Source: Malacoraja senta (taxonomy: Eukaryota). Taken from it: a DNA stretch of 64,000 nt. Under the pieces are notes generated by a model, which was not told the origin of the DNA, did not search any database, and saw nothing but the letters and a program-made list of their open reading frames with translations. Each line of letters begins with the position of its first letter. The stretch's first letter is position 1. Positions 43,017-57,200 of the stretch are shown in pieces. The stretch is from contig CM075992.1 in assembly GCA_038087875.1 (NCBI GenBank), forward strand, positions 3,164,001-3,228,000, in the 5' to 3' direction. The position numbers were made by a program, and so were the translations under genes.

Positions 43017-43200
43017 AGGGCCTGTCCCACTTGGGCGACATTTGCGCGTCATTTACGCGACATCATTTACGCGTCGTGACGAGCACGTGAAGCGCGCATG
43101 GTGCGTGGTGACGTAGGCAGTCGCGCGCGGCGCCCCAGGATTTTGTGATGTACAAAATCTTTGCGTGACACGCAAATGACACCCAAGTGGGACAGGCCCT
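43017..43200. mobile_element. PIF/Harbinger-like MITE
   Basis: AGGGCCTGTCCCACTTGGG ... CCCAAGTGGGACAGGCCCT, TSD TTA. Confidence 0.85.
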
Positions 43201-45074
43201 TTACAGTGTTCAATGTAGTCCGAATGGTCTCTCTTTGTTCTTAGCAGCTCCCCCATGCCCGGTCTCTCTTTGTTCTTTTGGCGGCCTACCTCCCCCCCCC
43301 CCCCCCATGTCGGGTCCCTCTTTATTCTCAGTGGCCCTTCCACGCCGGGTCCCTCTACACCAATGTCAGCTGGTTGCAGTTCCTAAATAAGTCATTGACA
43401 ATTCAGAACAGAGATGACAAGGAATTTCTACATTTGAGGAATAGGAATCTTTGGAATTGACTACTCAAGACTTGGGTGGATTTAAGACGGCGATTAGAGT
43501 GTTTTTGGATCATACGGGAAACAAGAGATATAGACAATAGACAATAGGTGCAGGAGTAGGCCATTCGGCCCTTCGAGCCAGCACGGCCATTCAATGTGAT
43601 CATGGCTGATATATAGGGTTTAGTACAGGAAACTGACAGCTAGGTACAAGATCATCCATGCTCTTCTTCTTATCGAGTCCCACACACAAGATTAGAAGTT
43701 GTCCAGCCAGAGCTGAACACACATCTCGGCACCTGCACACAATGGTGTCTGTCTTGTTGCTCCTTGTGCTTCTTGTGTGGTGGTGGTGGAAACAGGGCCG
43801 CGACGCGAACGCTCTTTCCTTGACCCCCATCCATTGTCCAAATGAATGGCTACAAGGCTAATCGGTCTCCTCCAGCTTCCTTGAATCACAATGGACAGCA
43901 GATGCTGGAATCTGGAGCATCAAACAATCTGCTGGAAGAACTCAGCTGGTCGGCTCACCGAATCCCTCCCTCCAGCAGATTATTTATGGTGGAGGGTGTG
44001 TGGAACGTGCGGTAAGAAGGAAAGACTGAATTTTCGTAGCAATTTTAACAACCAAAGAATTCGACACCCTCTGAAGTGCTCTTGAAATGCAGTCACTGGT
44101 TTTGTATGACATGCGGCAGGCATTTCATAACTATTCATTTCCCAGGGATGTGTGCGTCTCTGGTGAAGGCAGCACTTATTGTCCATCCCTATCTGCCCTT
44201 CAGAAGGTGATGGTGGCAATTCAGGACAGGGAACTGAAGAACAGATGTAGATGTTAAAGAAGGAACTGCAGATGCTGGAAAATCGAAGGTAGACAAAAAT
44301 GCTGGAGAAACTCAGCGGGTGCAGCAGCATCTATGGAGCGAAGGAAATGCTACTGCATCCGCTGAGTTTCACCAGCATTTTTGTGTACCAACAGATGTAG
44401 ATGGTCAGTTTTCGTAAAGGAATAATCATTGGAGCAAGACAATGTAGAAAGCCCCTTTGGTATTCTCCATACTGGTGCTGTGAGATCTTCTATACAAGAT
44501 GAACACCAGTGAAGAATAGTGGACATGTGGGTGGTAGGACTGGTAATTGGGGTAGATTCATAAAGGAAGGGAGCTTAATTCCAAATTAAAACATAGAAAC
44601 ATAGAAAATAGGTGCAGGAGGAGGCCATTCGGCCCTTCGAGCCAGCACCGCCATTCATTGTGATCATGGCTGATCGTCCCCTATCAATAACCCGTGCCTG
44701 CCTTCTCCCCATATCCCTTGATTCCACTAGCCCCTAGAGCTCTATCTAACTCTCTCTTAAATCCATCCAGTGATTTGGCCTCCACTGCCCTCTGTGGCAG
44801 GGAATTCCACAAATTCACAACTCTCTGGGTGACAACGTTTTTTCTCACCTCAGTCTTAAATGGCCTCCCCTTTATTCTAAGACTGTGGCCTCTGGTTCTG
44901 GACTCACCCAACATTGGGAACATTTTTCCTGCATCTAGCTTGTCCAGTCCTTTTATAATTTTATATGTTTCTATAAGATCCCCCCCATCCTTGTTTTGCC
45001 TCACCTGGAATTGCTTCAGATTCACCGAGAACAGAAGCTGGTGAAATTTCCGCTTCCCAGACCAAACGGCCTTA

Positions 45075-45498
45075 AGGGCCTGTCCCACTTTCACGTGTTA
45101 TTCACGAATTCTCCCGAGTTTTCCCCTTGATTCAAACTCGCAGAATGTTCGTAACGAGTCCGTAGGAGGCCGTAGGAGTCCGTAGATGTTTCGTAGCGGC
45201 TCGTTATGCCAGCCGTAGGTACTCGTGGCATCAGGTAAGTCAGGACGTTTTTTCCAGCCCGATAAAAAAATGTCCACGAGTAAAAAAATGGTCGGGATGA
45301 AAGAAATTGCAACTTTTTTGCTCGTAAGGAGGGCATCGAAATAGTCGTGGGAATTCGTAGACATACTCGTAGGTGTTCGTGAACATAGTCGTGGAAGATC
45401 GTAGGAGTTCGTAGATTACCACCATCTTGATTTTTTTTTTTAGGTCCTTTAAACTCGGCAGAGGTTTTGAATTAGGTCGTGAAAGTGGGACGGGCCCT
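45075..45498. mobile_element. PIF/Harbinger-like MITE
   Basis: AGGGCCTGTCCCACTTTCACG ... CGTGAAAGTGGGACGGGCCCT, TSD TTA. Confidence 0.85.
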
Positions 45499-46728
45499 TT
45501 ACAGAGCCAACGGGTTACAAGTTTATCATCCACTGTAAATATTGAACCCACTTGTAAATACCAAGATCTTAGTGGTGAGAGTGATGGGCAATTGCTACAG
45601 CTCACTATTCAACTGCTCATACACACAAATAAAATGGTGACTGTGAGGATACAAGACGTTGAAAACATTGATTTAGTATCACTGCTTTTGAGAAAGAGTT
45701 CTCTTTCACACTTCCCTATCTCGATTCCAAACGTAACCCTAGAGATACCAGTTTGTGGAATTATCCTCACCCTTTTTTTAAATTATACTTTTATTCAAAA
45801 AATACAAATGAACACAATCCTAGACTGCCTATTGACAGTTTTACAAACAAACGATCATCAAATTAATATAACGCCAACGTTATCAACACCCTGGCATTGC
45901 AATATTTCAAGAAAGCATCTCAACACAGCCTTCTCGACAGAGGGCCACTTCAACCATTCTCTCTGCTCAGTCTTCCTCCAGCAATCTAACCAACCTCAAT
46001 GAAGCAAATCCTGGTGCTTCCAGATTCTCATTCCATGAATTTAACAAATGCTGTCAATTTAACATGAAGAATCAATGGCTTTTCTATAACCAAAAGTATT
46101 AAGGAAATGGGGGGGAAAGGCAGTTTAGATGCCCTCTGAATTTAATGGGGTACAAGGACTTAGGTCACATGTTTTCACAGATAAAGGCTTGAAAGCCCTG
46201 GCAATGGACAGCCATGATTGAATGGCGGGGAAAGCTCAATGGGCTGAGCAGCCTACTGCTCCCATTATTTATGAACGAATGACAATCAATACTGGTCATG
46301 TCAAAAGTGCCATCATTCCATAAATGTTGAAAATAGACAATAGACAATAGGTGCAGGAGTAGGCCATTCGACCCTTTGAGCCAGCACCGCCATTCAATGT
46401 GATCATGGCTGATCATCCCCAATCAGTACCCCGTTCCTGCCTTCCCCCCATATCCCATGACTCCGCTATTTTTAAGAGCCCTATCTAGCTCTCTCTTGAA
46501 AGCAAATTAAACCATCAATGGGCAGGCTAACTATCTGGTGGAAGCCAACCCCACCCCCCCCCCCCCTTCTCCTTAGACATTTGTTTCTGTGAACATATTG
46601 GGTGGGTGTTAGAGCTCACACTGCAGGACCAGCATAGTACGAGGAGCCTGCTAGCTCGCTCGAGTACAGCTGTGGCCGATGCTTCCTTTCTCTTTAATAC
46701 TCCCCCCAAATTTGGCTTTGTCTTGCAG

Positions 46729-46842
46729 GCTGTGGAGATGCAAGAAATGGGGAGGGACGCCTACTCGGACAGCGACCATTACCTCCCGATGGAAGTCCAC
46801 AGTCGAGCATCCTCCATGCCACGGCTGGCAGCAGGCAATCAA
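46729..46842 (+). CDS. CACNA1A: CACNA1A exon 43 equivalent, 114 bp
   Basis: ttgcag|GCT GTG GAG ... AAT CAA|gtgagc; [38 protein letters not shown]. Confidence 0.93.
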
Positions 46843-48559
46843 GTGAGCTCAGTGAGACTTACTCTGCTGCGCCCCGCACCGCGTGCCAGCAACCTAAACA
46901 CTTTCAATGCCATCTGCGAGTCCCAACGAATTTGCACCCATGAAATATTACAGTCAAAGTCATTAGTTTCCAAGTAGGCCCATGCAAATTGGACAAATGG
47001 GAGAAAATTTGCCCCCAAAGACTAGCATTATAGCAGAAGCCTCAAGTTGCAATCCACTGCTGAAATCTGGAGACACGAGAGACTGCAGGTGCAGGAACGC
47101 GTAGGAAGGAACTGCAGACGCTGGTTTACACCGAAGATAGACACAAAATGCTGGAGTAATTCAGCGGGATGGGCGCCATCTCTAGAGAGAAGGAATGGGT
47201 GATGTTTCGGTTACGACCCGAAACGTCACCCATCCCTTCTCTCCAGAGATGCTGCCCGTCCGGCTGAGTTACTCCAGTATTTTGTGTCGATCTGTAGGTG
47301 CTGTAATCTGGAGCAAAACACTATTTGCTGGAAGAACTCAGCAGGTCAAGCAGCATCTGTGGAGGGAAAAGGGTGGTGGAAGTTTCAGGTTGAGATCCGG
47401 CATCGGGTCTCACACGACCCCCATCCCCCCCCCCCCTCCCCGATCCCCAAAATGGTGACTATCCCTTTGTCTCCTTAGATGCTGCTCAACCTGCTGAGTT
47501 TTTTGGTTTTTGAGATACAACGTGGAAACAGGCCCTTCGGCCCATCGGGTACGCGCCGACCAGCGATCCCCACACATTAACACTATCCTACACCCACTAG
47601 CCAGTTAACCCACACACCCGATAGTCTTTGGAGTGTGGGAGGAAACTGGAGCTCCCCGGGGATAAACCCACGCAGGTCACAGGGAGAAAGTACAAACTCC
47701 GTACAGACAGCACCCGTAGTCAGGATCGAACCCGGGTCTCTGGCGCTGTGAGGCAGCAACTCTACCGCTGCGCCACCATGCCGCCCCCTAGTGGGAGTTC
47801 CTCCAGCAGTTTGTTTTTCGCTTCTGAAGTTTCCTGTTTTTGTTTAGAGTGGAACTGAACTCATGAAGCCGAAGACAAATTCAGTGGTACTGATTTATAT
47901 GAAGAGCAGGGGGTAAATTTCGACGGGTATTCGGGCAACTGAAGCCGTGAAGCTGTGGCACTGTGGTCAAATCTGGGGAGTTGATCTTGAACCCATCATT
48001 TTCTGACTCAGTGATGAGACAGTGGCCCAACAAATCACGGCGTTGTTTTGGCATTATCTAAACCTGGGGTTAAACGGAATGTAAATTATGGTGATCTTTT
48101 CTTGTTTGGTGACTGCATTTCACGACATTTTCTGTAAATGTTTTTTTTAGCGAGGGTGGTTATAATGTTGGGTCAAGGATTTGGAATCCAAAGCTGAGAG
48201 ATTGGGCTCTGTGGTGCCGTTTTCCGCAGCGGCATCATCCTAATAGGTTTGCAAATTGCTCCATGAATTCCAAGTGCACATTTTTAGTGGACTCATGTGG
48301 CCTTAGCAATTTGTTTATATGGTATGGTTTGCATCTGGGTTGTACAGAGCAGTTGGATTGTGCCATCATTACTCATTCAACGCAAACGCCAGCCCTGCCA
48401 AACTCTGCCTAGACCCTACGTCACGTGCAAATCGTCTGCACCTTGGTCTACAACAATATGGCTCCCACTTGTTTAAAGTGTTGGGGGGGAGGGGGTGGTA
48501 TCACAAATTATGTGAATCCGCTGCTCTAGGTGTCAGCTGCTCTACATCGGTGAGACCAC

Positions 48560-49530
48560 GCGTAGGCTTCGCCCAACACCTGGGCTCGGTTCGCAATAAC
48601 CAACCTGATCTCCCGGTGGCCCAGCACTTCAACTCCCCCTCCCATTCCGAATCCGACCTTTCTGTCCTGGGCCAGAGTGAGTCCCACCGCAAATTGGAGG
48701 AGCAGCACCTCATATTTCGCTTGGGCAGTTTGTACCCCAGCGGTACGAACATTGACTTCTCCAATTTCAGGTAGTCCCTGCTTTCTCCCTCTTTCCCCTC
48801 CACCTTCCCAGCTCTCCCACAGCCCACTGTCTCCACCTCTTCCTTTCTTCTTCCTGCACCCCCCCCCCCCATCCCCTCATCAATCTGAAGAAGGGTCTCA
48901 TAGAAACATAGATAGAAAATAGGTGCAGGAGGAGGCCATTCGGCCCTTCGAGCCAGCAGCGCCATTCATTATGATCATGGCTGATCGTCCCCTATCAATA
49001 ACCCGTGCCTGCCTTCTCCCCATATCTCTTGACTCCACTAGCCCCTAGAGCTCTATCTAACTCTCTCTTAAACCCATCCAGTGATTTGGCCTCCACTGCC
49101 CTCTGTGGCAGGGAATTCCATAAATTCACAACTTTCTGGGTGAAAACGTTTTTTCTCACCTCAGTCTTAAATGACCTCCGCTTTACTCTAAGACTGTGGC
49201 CCCTGGTTCTGGACTCGCCCAACATTGGGAACATTTTTCCTGCATCTAGCCTGTCCAGTCCTTTTATAATTTTATATGTTTCTATAAGATCCCCCCTCAT
49301 CCTTCTAAACTCCAGTGATTACAAGCCTAGTCTTTCCAATCTTTCCTCATATGACAGTCCCGCCATCCCAGGGATCAATCTCGTGAACCTGCGCTGCACT
49401 GACTCAATCACAAGGATGTCCTTCCTCAAATTAGGAGACCAAAACTGTCTCGACCTGAAACGTCACCCATTCCTTCGCTCCATAGATGCTGCCTCAAACC
49501 GCTGAGTTTCTCCGGCATTTTTGTCTACCT
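48560..49530 (+). mobile_element. Penelope-like element 3' end (GIY-YIG endonuclease C-terminal remnant plus terminal repeat), interrupted by CR1
   Basis: FAQHLGSVRNNQPDLPVAQHFNSPSHSESDLSVLG...RKLEEQHLIFRLGSLYPSGTNIDFSNFR*, then a pyrimidine-rich UTR and CTGAAGAAGGGTCTC//TCTCGACCTGAAACGTC. Confidence 0.8.
48900..49447 (-). mobile_element. CR1-type LINE 3' fragment nested in the Penelope terminal repeat
   Basis: ORF 48995-49300(-) MRGDLIETYKIIKGLDRLDAGKMFP...; (CTATGTTT)n-type tail. Confidence 0.9.
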
Positions 49531-51455
49531 ACAAATTATGTGTAGGTTTGTTGAGAATTAAATGGCAATTGAGATTGAGGAGAGAGGTGGAGACACAAGG
49601 AACTGCAGATGCTGGGTTACAAATATAGACATAGAGTGTTGCAGTAACTCAGTTGGTCAGGCAGCAACTCTGGAGAACATGGGCAGGTGAATTTTCAGCT
49701 TGGAGCCTTCATCGGACTTTAATCGTGGATAGGCGTTGTTTTGGGTTGGGAACCTTCTTGGTCCTGACCCAAAACATCTCCTATTCATGTTCCCCAGAGA
49801 TGCTGTCTGATCGGCTGAATTACTCCAGCAGTTTTAAGGAGAGAAGTATTAAGCCTGAGTAACGAGAAGTCAGCAAAGTGTTGTTTGAAGCCATCAACCA
49901 TACCCAGTGGACAAGCCTTGGGGATTTAGGTGCAAGGTTACAAGAGGCAAGCCAAGCCAAGACAGAAACAATAAACAATAGGTGCAGGAGTAGGCCATTC
50001 GGCCCTTCGAGCCAGCAGCGCAACTCACTGTGATCATGATTGATCATCCACAATCAGTACCCCGTTCCTGCCTTCTCCCCATATCCCCTGACTCCGTTAT
50101 CTTTAAGAGCTCTATCTAACTCTCTCTTGAAAGCATCCGGAGAATTGGCCTCCACCGCCTTCTGAGGCAGAGAATTCCACAGATTCACAACTCTCTGGGT
50201 GAAAACGTTTTTCCTCATCTCCGTTCTAAATGGCCGACCACTTATTCTTATACTGTGGCCCCTGGTTCTGGACTCCCACCAACATGGGGAACATGTTTGC
50301 TGCCTCTAGCGTGTCTAGGCGGAGGAAAACAAGTGCCAAACAGAGGGACCTGCAGGAAGGAGTAGGTGGGGGAACAGGGAAAGCCCTATCATCAGAGGAC
50401 CCTTCAGCTCTGTGAAATGTTTTGTGTTTAATCATACATAGAATACATCTTAATAACAGGGCTTCCAAAGATGCAAATTTATCAATGCAAGTTCTCATCA
50501 ATCCATTACATATATGTATTGCCACAGGTCAAAACACCAGACTTAACATTTTAGTATTTTAGCAGCATGCTTGAAAATATTATAAAATAATTACCTCATT
50601 TAAAACTTGGAAGCATTCATACCCAAAATATATATTGCTAAGTATTGTGGAATTCTGATACAAATTATTTTGAAATTAGTCTTATTCTGAAAGACTGATG
50701 CAAATTATTTTTCCTTCGTTAGTACTTGAGGGTTTTACTTCTTATGTGCGTTCAGTAAATATAAGAGGCCAGTCCAAATGAATTTCTTGCAGGGCACAAT
50801 TCCAAATTGGCTCATTCAAAAGAACATGAGTTAAATATTTGGAAACTTTGGCAGCCACCCTGAAGGCTGTATTAATAAAGTTGAACCCAGAGCTGGAAGT
50901 GACATTGTACCAATGAAGAAGGGTCTCGACCCAAAACATCACCCATTCCTTCTCTCCAGAGATGCTGCCTGTCCTGCTGAGTTACTCCAGCATTTTGGGC
51001 CTGCCCCGGACTTTCTCATTGATTGTTCAACAGCACAGTGCCTGTATCAGTAGGTAAATCATAGTGTAAGGTCAACTAAATGGCAAAGTTCCTTCTAAAA
51101 GTAGGAGACCTTAACCTTAGGCAGTCCAGGGTCTAATAGGGGTGAGGGGTGTGGGGTGACTGTCATGTTTTAGGGAGAGCAGCAAGAGAAAACTTGAGAA
51201 CTTTTTTTCTGGTGGAGAACAATATACCAAACTGTTTGGCCTGGTGAACTGTGATGTCCTCCCCTCCTGTTCTACAAGATGTGGGAGTGTTGAACTCAAA
51301 TAATATTGCCCCTCCCAACTCTCTCCAACTCCCCTATCTGTTCTCTTCGGATGACGTCAATGATTCCATGGATCTAAATCCTAGAACCTCACCTTTTGCC
51401 ACCCTCCCCAGAAAGAGTCATTCTTCCATCGGAAGGAAATCCCGTTATTCTGGAC

Positions 51456-51827
51456 GAGGGGTGGGGAGCCTGCGGCCTTAAGGCCACATGCGGCCTTCTG
51501 GGCCATTAAGTGCGGCCTTCTGAAGGAATCCAAATTTTGTAGAACAAATCCTTTTACTTTTATTAATATGATTTTGTTCGTCTTTTATTATTTTTTTTTT
51601 AATCTTAAAATTAACTTATTTAAAATACCAAAGAGTAAAAGAAGATTCAACGAAATAATCCTCCCGGACTGACGGCCACAATTAAAACATTAGAAAGTCA
51701 TGAGGGCTATTTTAACAAAATAATGTACATTTTGAAGTATATCTAATTGACGTTTCTTGGATGCGGCCTTATTAGACTACAGCTAACTTCATGTGGCATT
51801 CCAACATGGAAAGGTTCCCCACCTCTG
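51456..51827 (-). mobile_element. hAT (Charlie-like) MITE, inverted sister of 60815-62716
   Basis: GAGGGGTGGGGAGCCT ... AGGTTCCCCACCTCTG; flanks TTCTGGAC / GTCTGGGC; body is the reverse complement of the 60815 copy. Confidence 0.8.
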
Positions 51828-52151
51828 GTCTGGGCAATCCACTTCTCTATAGAGACTATGAAATCATCTGGTGTGTTCTGTTCTGCTCTTTCTATCTGCT
51901 TAATGTATAACTGTTCTATCTTTGTGCTTTTTCCTTCTACCACATTTTTTTATTTCTTACAATAAAACCAACTGTGTCCTTACCTGTGGCTTCTTCCCAA
52001 ACCCTGGACATCTCGTTGCCGCCTTTGCGATGTGGGGGTCCTCCTGCGGCCATTTTCTGTCACGTCTGTCCTGTCGCTGCCTTCTCTCCTGTCTTGTGTC
52101 TTTTTACTTCCTGCCCTTTTAATATGCGCTCTCTTGTGTGGCTGATAACAG

Positions 52152-52187
52152 AGGAGAAAAGTGCGCAACCGTGGGATTAACCTTAGT
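52152..52187 (+). CDS. CACNA1A: CACNA1A exon 44 equivalent (36-bp cassette exon)
   Basis: taacag|AGG AGA AAA GTG CGC AAC CGT GGG ATT AAC CTT AGT|gtatgt; RRKVRNRGINLS versus recalled human RRRGRPRGNNLS. About 295 nt AG-free pyrimidine tract upstream. Confidence 0.88.
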
Positions 52188-54916
52188 GTATGTACCCTGT
52201 CTTAGTCTCTCTTTTGTGTTTCAATTACTCTTGTCTGCTCAAGGCTTCATTTAGTCGATTCTGGCATGTGCTGGACATGTTCATTTGTTGAGGGTGCAAC
52301 TATCTGGCAGAAGGGGGAAAATTACCACAATATTTCACCAAATAATTCCATGCAGACATCTAATAGTTGATAACATCTGAGGTGATGCAAAAATTACATA
52401 ATCCTTCCCCAAAGAATAAAAAGGCTGCCACAAAATTTTCCCGGTGAATAGAACGGTCCTTCAATTGACTGTAAAGGGTTTTTTCCTCCTCAAAGTTGTG
52501 TTTAAATATTAATAGTTCATAAGTGATAGGATCACAATTAGGCCATTCGGCCCATTGGGTCTACTCCGCCATTCAATCATGGCTGATCTATCTCTCCCTC
52601 TCAACCCCATTCTCCTGCCTTCTCCCCAATATGTAATGGTACGTATAATTAAGTTATTTAAACAATTTCTGTGACAAGAGTTCTGTTTAGCAGAAAAGTC
52701 AACGGTATTGTGACCTCCATTTACTCATCTCTAATTTTGTCCAAAGAGTCTGTTGTCTCAGTGGGGCCTCATCTGCTCCCTGGCCGTGGGCCCTGAGCAG
52801 TGACTGTGGTCCCAGTCCCGCTGATCAAGATAACATAGCATAGACCAAATGTTCACAAGTTCACAGGTGATAGGAGCAGAATTAGGCCATTTGGCCCATC
52901 AAGTCCACTCCGCCATTCAATCATGGCTGATCTATCTCTCCCTCCTAACCCCATTCTCCTGCCTTTCTCCCCATAACCCCTGCACTAATCAAGAATCTAT
53001 CTATTTCTGCCTTACAATTAACCACTGACTTGGCCTCCACTGCCTTCTGTGGCAATGAATTCCACAGATTCATCACCCTCTGTTTAAAGAAATTCCTCCT
53101 CATCTCCTTCCTTAAGGAACGTCCTTTAATTCTGAGGCTGTGACCTCTGGTCCTAGACTCTCCCACTAGTGGAAACATCCTTTCCACATCCAGGCAATTC
53201 ACCATTCGGTGAGGTTCAATGAGATCCCCCCATCGATGTTGGCACCTTCTTGGCCATAATCACACCAGGTCTGCCAAAATCCTCGTCCGCTGAACTATTG
53301 TGGGATCTGTAGTAAAATGTTTCGAGGCCAGTACTGAGGACAACTGAACATGCCCTTCCAGTAGCATGCGTGCCAAGGGTCTAACTCCCGCTCAGAGGCT
53401 GAAGGATTGCATGTTCCTGGAATGAATCTGCATTGAAAACTCAGCACGAGTAAGCATGTGTTGTAATCATTAACTGCCTGAAGAATTGTTTTGATTTAAG
53501 GGCAAACCCTTGCCACACTGTGAGAGAGAAAACTACATTCAATTTGTATGCTAACCACAGACTGATGCCAGAATGGTTCACCTCGATTGCGATAAAGGGT
53601 GGTGTCCTTAGCCTACAAGTATTTTCTATTATTGAGAAGTCACAGTGAGAATGCCGGCAACTTTCGGCTGGATTGCAGTCAATTGCAACTCTACCGCTGC
53701 ACCACTGTGCCACCCTGATTGGCACTGTTCGAAAATTAGAAAAGGCATTATCCTTCCCAATCAGTGTCTGGAAATAAAGCATAGGCATCATAAGGCGTTA
53801 TACTTTGGGATCTTACTATACTGATAAGGGATTGTTAGTTTGATATCATTGCTGATTATAGGCAACTGACATCTGGGTATTCTGAATGAAGATTATGTTT
53901 GCGCTGGAGGCATCTTCATTGAAAATGTAAGAATGGCAAAAAAAAAAGCAATCCTTCATTGAACAGTGAAAGCAAAATTGCTCTAATAGATTGTGGAGGC
54001 ACACAGACATGGTGGTATTGGCTGGTGGATACTCACCCGCTGTTCGTTGCTTAGACGCAGAGAGGCATTATTGATATTGGGCTGCTCCTGCTGGCTTACT
54101 TTAGTTGCTGTAGACTGTAGAGGTACGGAGCAAAAGCAGTCCTATCATCCACACTGACCAGCAATAACCTCATACACTAGCACTCTCCTACACACTAGGG
54201 ACAATTTGATCAAAGCCAGTTAACCTACAAACATGGAGCGTGGGAGGAAGCCGGTGAACCCAGAGAAGACCCACACGGTCACAGGGAGAGCGGACAAACT
54301 CTGTACAGACAGCACCCACAGTCTCTGAGGCTGTAAGGCTGCACCACCATGCCACCCTTGACTGTGGGAATTCACAAAAAATCCTGTAACTGGACAAGTC
54401 AATACATATCCTGTACATAGAGGGTATCTTTGATTTATTTATATATATATATATAATTTTTTTTCTACTTTGTACACGCACTGCTTATCTGTATTTATAG
54501 AGAGCACATCGACAGATAGTTGATATATGTACACATAATATATTTTCTTTACATATAGAATATGTACATGCCTATAAATAGTGTTAGCAATTTGGTAACT
54601 GCATACTGCATGTTGAGAAAATTTGAATATATAATGCTAAATGTGGGATGTTATAGCAGGTCAGGTGCACAAGAATGTGATGTCTAGGCTTGACAAAGGT
54701 GTGCATTGTATTGAAAAAAACCTAGTTGGTTGGTTTTCCATTCTGCCCAATTCTGCCGCTCATGAACATCAATATTGGGACAACATATTGCCCAACAGTG
54801 GAACAGCTGCCAAGTGTTTAGTTAAAACTAACACCTCATGCTTATGGATTGCATAGATACTGTATATGTAAGTAGTTTGTGGACTTCAATACCCCCTGAA
54901 GTATTGTGTAAGAAGG

Positions 54917-55670
54917 AACATAGAAACATAGAAACATAGAAAATAGGTGCAGGAGTAGGCCATTCGGCCCTTCGAGCCTGCATCGCCATTTGATATGATC
55001 ATGGCTGATCATCCAACTCAGCATCCCATCCCTGCCTTCTCTCCATACCCCCTGATCCCTTTAGCCACAAGGGCCACATCTAACTCCCTCTTAAATATAG
55101 CCAATGAACTGGCCTCAACTACCTTCTGTGGCAGAGAATTCCACAGATTCACCACTCTCTGTGTAAAAAATGATTTCCTCATCTCGGTCCTAAAAGTCTT
55201 CCCTCTTATCCTTAAACTGTGACCCCTAGTTCTGGACTTCCCCAACATCGGGAATAATCTTCCTGCATCTAGCCTGTCCAACCCCTTAATAATTTTGTAC
55301 GTTTCTATAAGATCCCCCCTCAGTCTTCTGAATTCAAACGTGTACAAGCCGAGTCTATCCAGTCTTTCCTCATATGAAAGTCCTGCCATCCCAGGAATCA
55401 GTCTGGTGAACCTTCTCTGTACTCCCTCTATGGCAAGAATGTCTTTCCTCAGATTAGGAGACCAAAACTGTACGCAATACTCCAGGTGTGGTCTCACCAA
55501 GACCCTGTACAACTGCAGTAGAACCTCCCTGCTCTTATACTCAAATCCTTTTGCTATGAATGCTAACATACCATTTGCTTTCTTCACTGCCTGCTGCACC
55601 TGCATTCCTACTTTCAATGACTGGTGTACCATGACACCCAGGTCTCGTTGCATCTCCCCTTTTCCTAATC
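54917..55670 (-). mobile_element. CR1-type LINE 3' fragment (longest in window, open frame)
   Basis: QRDLGVMVHQSLKVGMQVQQAVKKANGMLAFI...LYRVLVRPHLEYCVQFWSP... (211 aa), tail (TTTCTATG)n. Confidence 0.92.
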
Positions 55671-57200
55671 GGCAGATGTTGGTTTAAACCGAAGATGGAC
55701 ACAAACGGCTAGAGTAACTCAGCGGGGCAGGCAGCGTCTCTAGAGAGAAGGAATGGGTGACGTTTCGGCTCGAGACCGTTTGAAGAAGGGTCTCGACCCG
55801 AAACGTCACCCGTTCTTTCTCTCCAGAGATGCTGCCTGTCCCGCTGAGTTACTCCAGCTTTTTATGTCTTCCCCCTGAAGTATTCCCTGTTATTGCTGAA
55901 TCCATTGTTGGCTCTGGCAGGTTGTGGTTTGCCTGATCAAAAGATGAGAAGCTGTTCTTCAAACTTACTTTGAGCTTCGAAGATAGACCCAAAATGCCGG
56001 GGTAGCTCAGCCTGTCCCGCTGAGTTACTCCAGCATTATGTGTCTATCTTCCATGGAAACTAGCGTCTGCTGTTCCTTCCTACACATTACTTTGAGCTTC
56101 ATCGGAATACTTCAGGGAGTCATGAACGGAGACGTCAGAGTGGGAATGTGGAATTGAGGCGGTTGGAATTAGTGAAGAGGAGTTGTGAATGTTCTGTGGG
56201 TAGTACAGATTTTTAGCTACATTTAGTTTAGGGACACTGTGCAGAAACAAGCCCTTCGGCCCACCAAGTCCATGCCGTCCAGCGATCCCCGCACATTAAC
56301 ACTATCCTACACACTGGGGACAATTGATATTTACATCAAGCCAATTAACCTACAAACCTGTACGTCTTTGGAGTGTGGGAGGAAACCGAAGATCTCGGAG
56401 AAAACCCACGCAGGTCACGGGGAGAACGTACAAACTCCGTACGGACAGCACCCGTAGTCAGGATCAAACCCAGGTCTCTGGCGCTTAAAGCGCTGCCAGG
56501 CAGCAACTCTATCGCTGCGCCACCGTACCGCCCTCTAGAAAATACTCTCGAAAGATTCATTAATAATTTTACTAAGTCATGTTTCTTAAATTATTTTGTT
56601 ATTGCTTAGAGATTGTCTGTAAAAAATATTTACAGCTGCAGCATGAGGTACATAAATAACTTATATATATCCACGCTGAGTATCTCTAAACTGCAGTAGG
56701 ATGTTGTTAATAGATTTATGGTTCATATAAACTGGTACCTGCTGTTTTATTACGGACATTAAGAATTTATAATGGAGAATGTGTGAACTAATAACATTGC
56801 CAGTGGAGGAAGGTACAATTTCAGAAACATACTTCCACCGATGAATATCTAGTAATTCAGAATTTATGATCATACAACTGCATAAAATAAGTGACCATGT
56901 TAGGAAGATCAGACATTGACAGATATTTAGTAATCTTCTGTGTGCAAGATGTGCATGCATGTATGTATGGCAACGCATGCATAAATTGTTATTTTATCAC
57001 AAAAATAGTTCTAGTGTTTGAGGACAGAACAGGCCACTTTGATGATGGAAGATTCAGTACAGTTGGGTTCAACAACTGTATAGACATTGTGCCTTTTGTT
57101 TTTCATAAAACCTTTACTTTTCACGCACTCACATTAGCTGTGTAACCATGTTTACAAAAAGAGTGTCTCCTTGAATGATGCACATTTTGTCTCGCATCAG

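Noticed and set aside
45427..46002. 191-aa ORF
   Set aside because: Starts inside a MITE, has no recognisable homology or splice signals; likely a chance open frame
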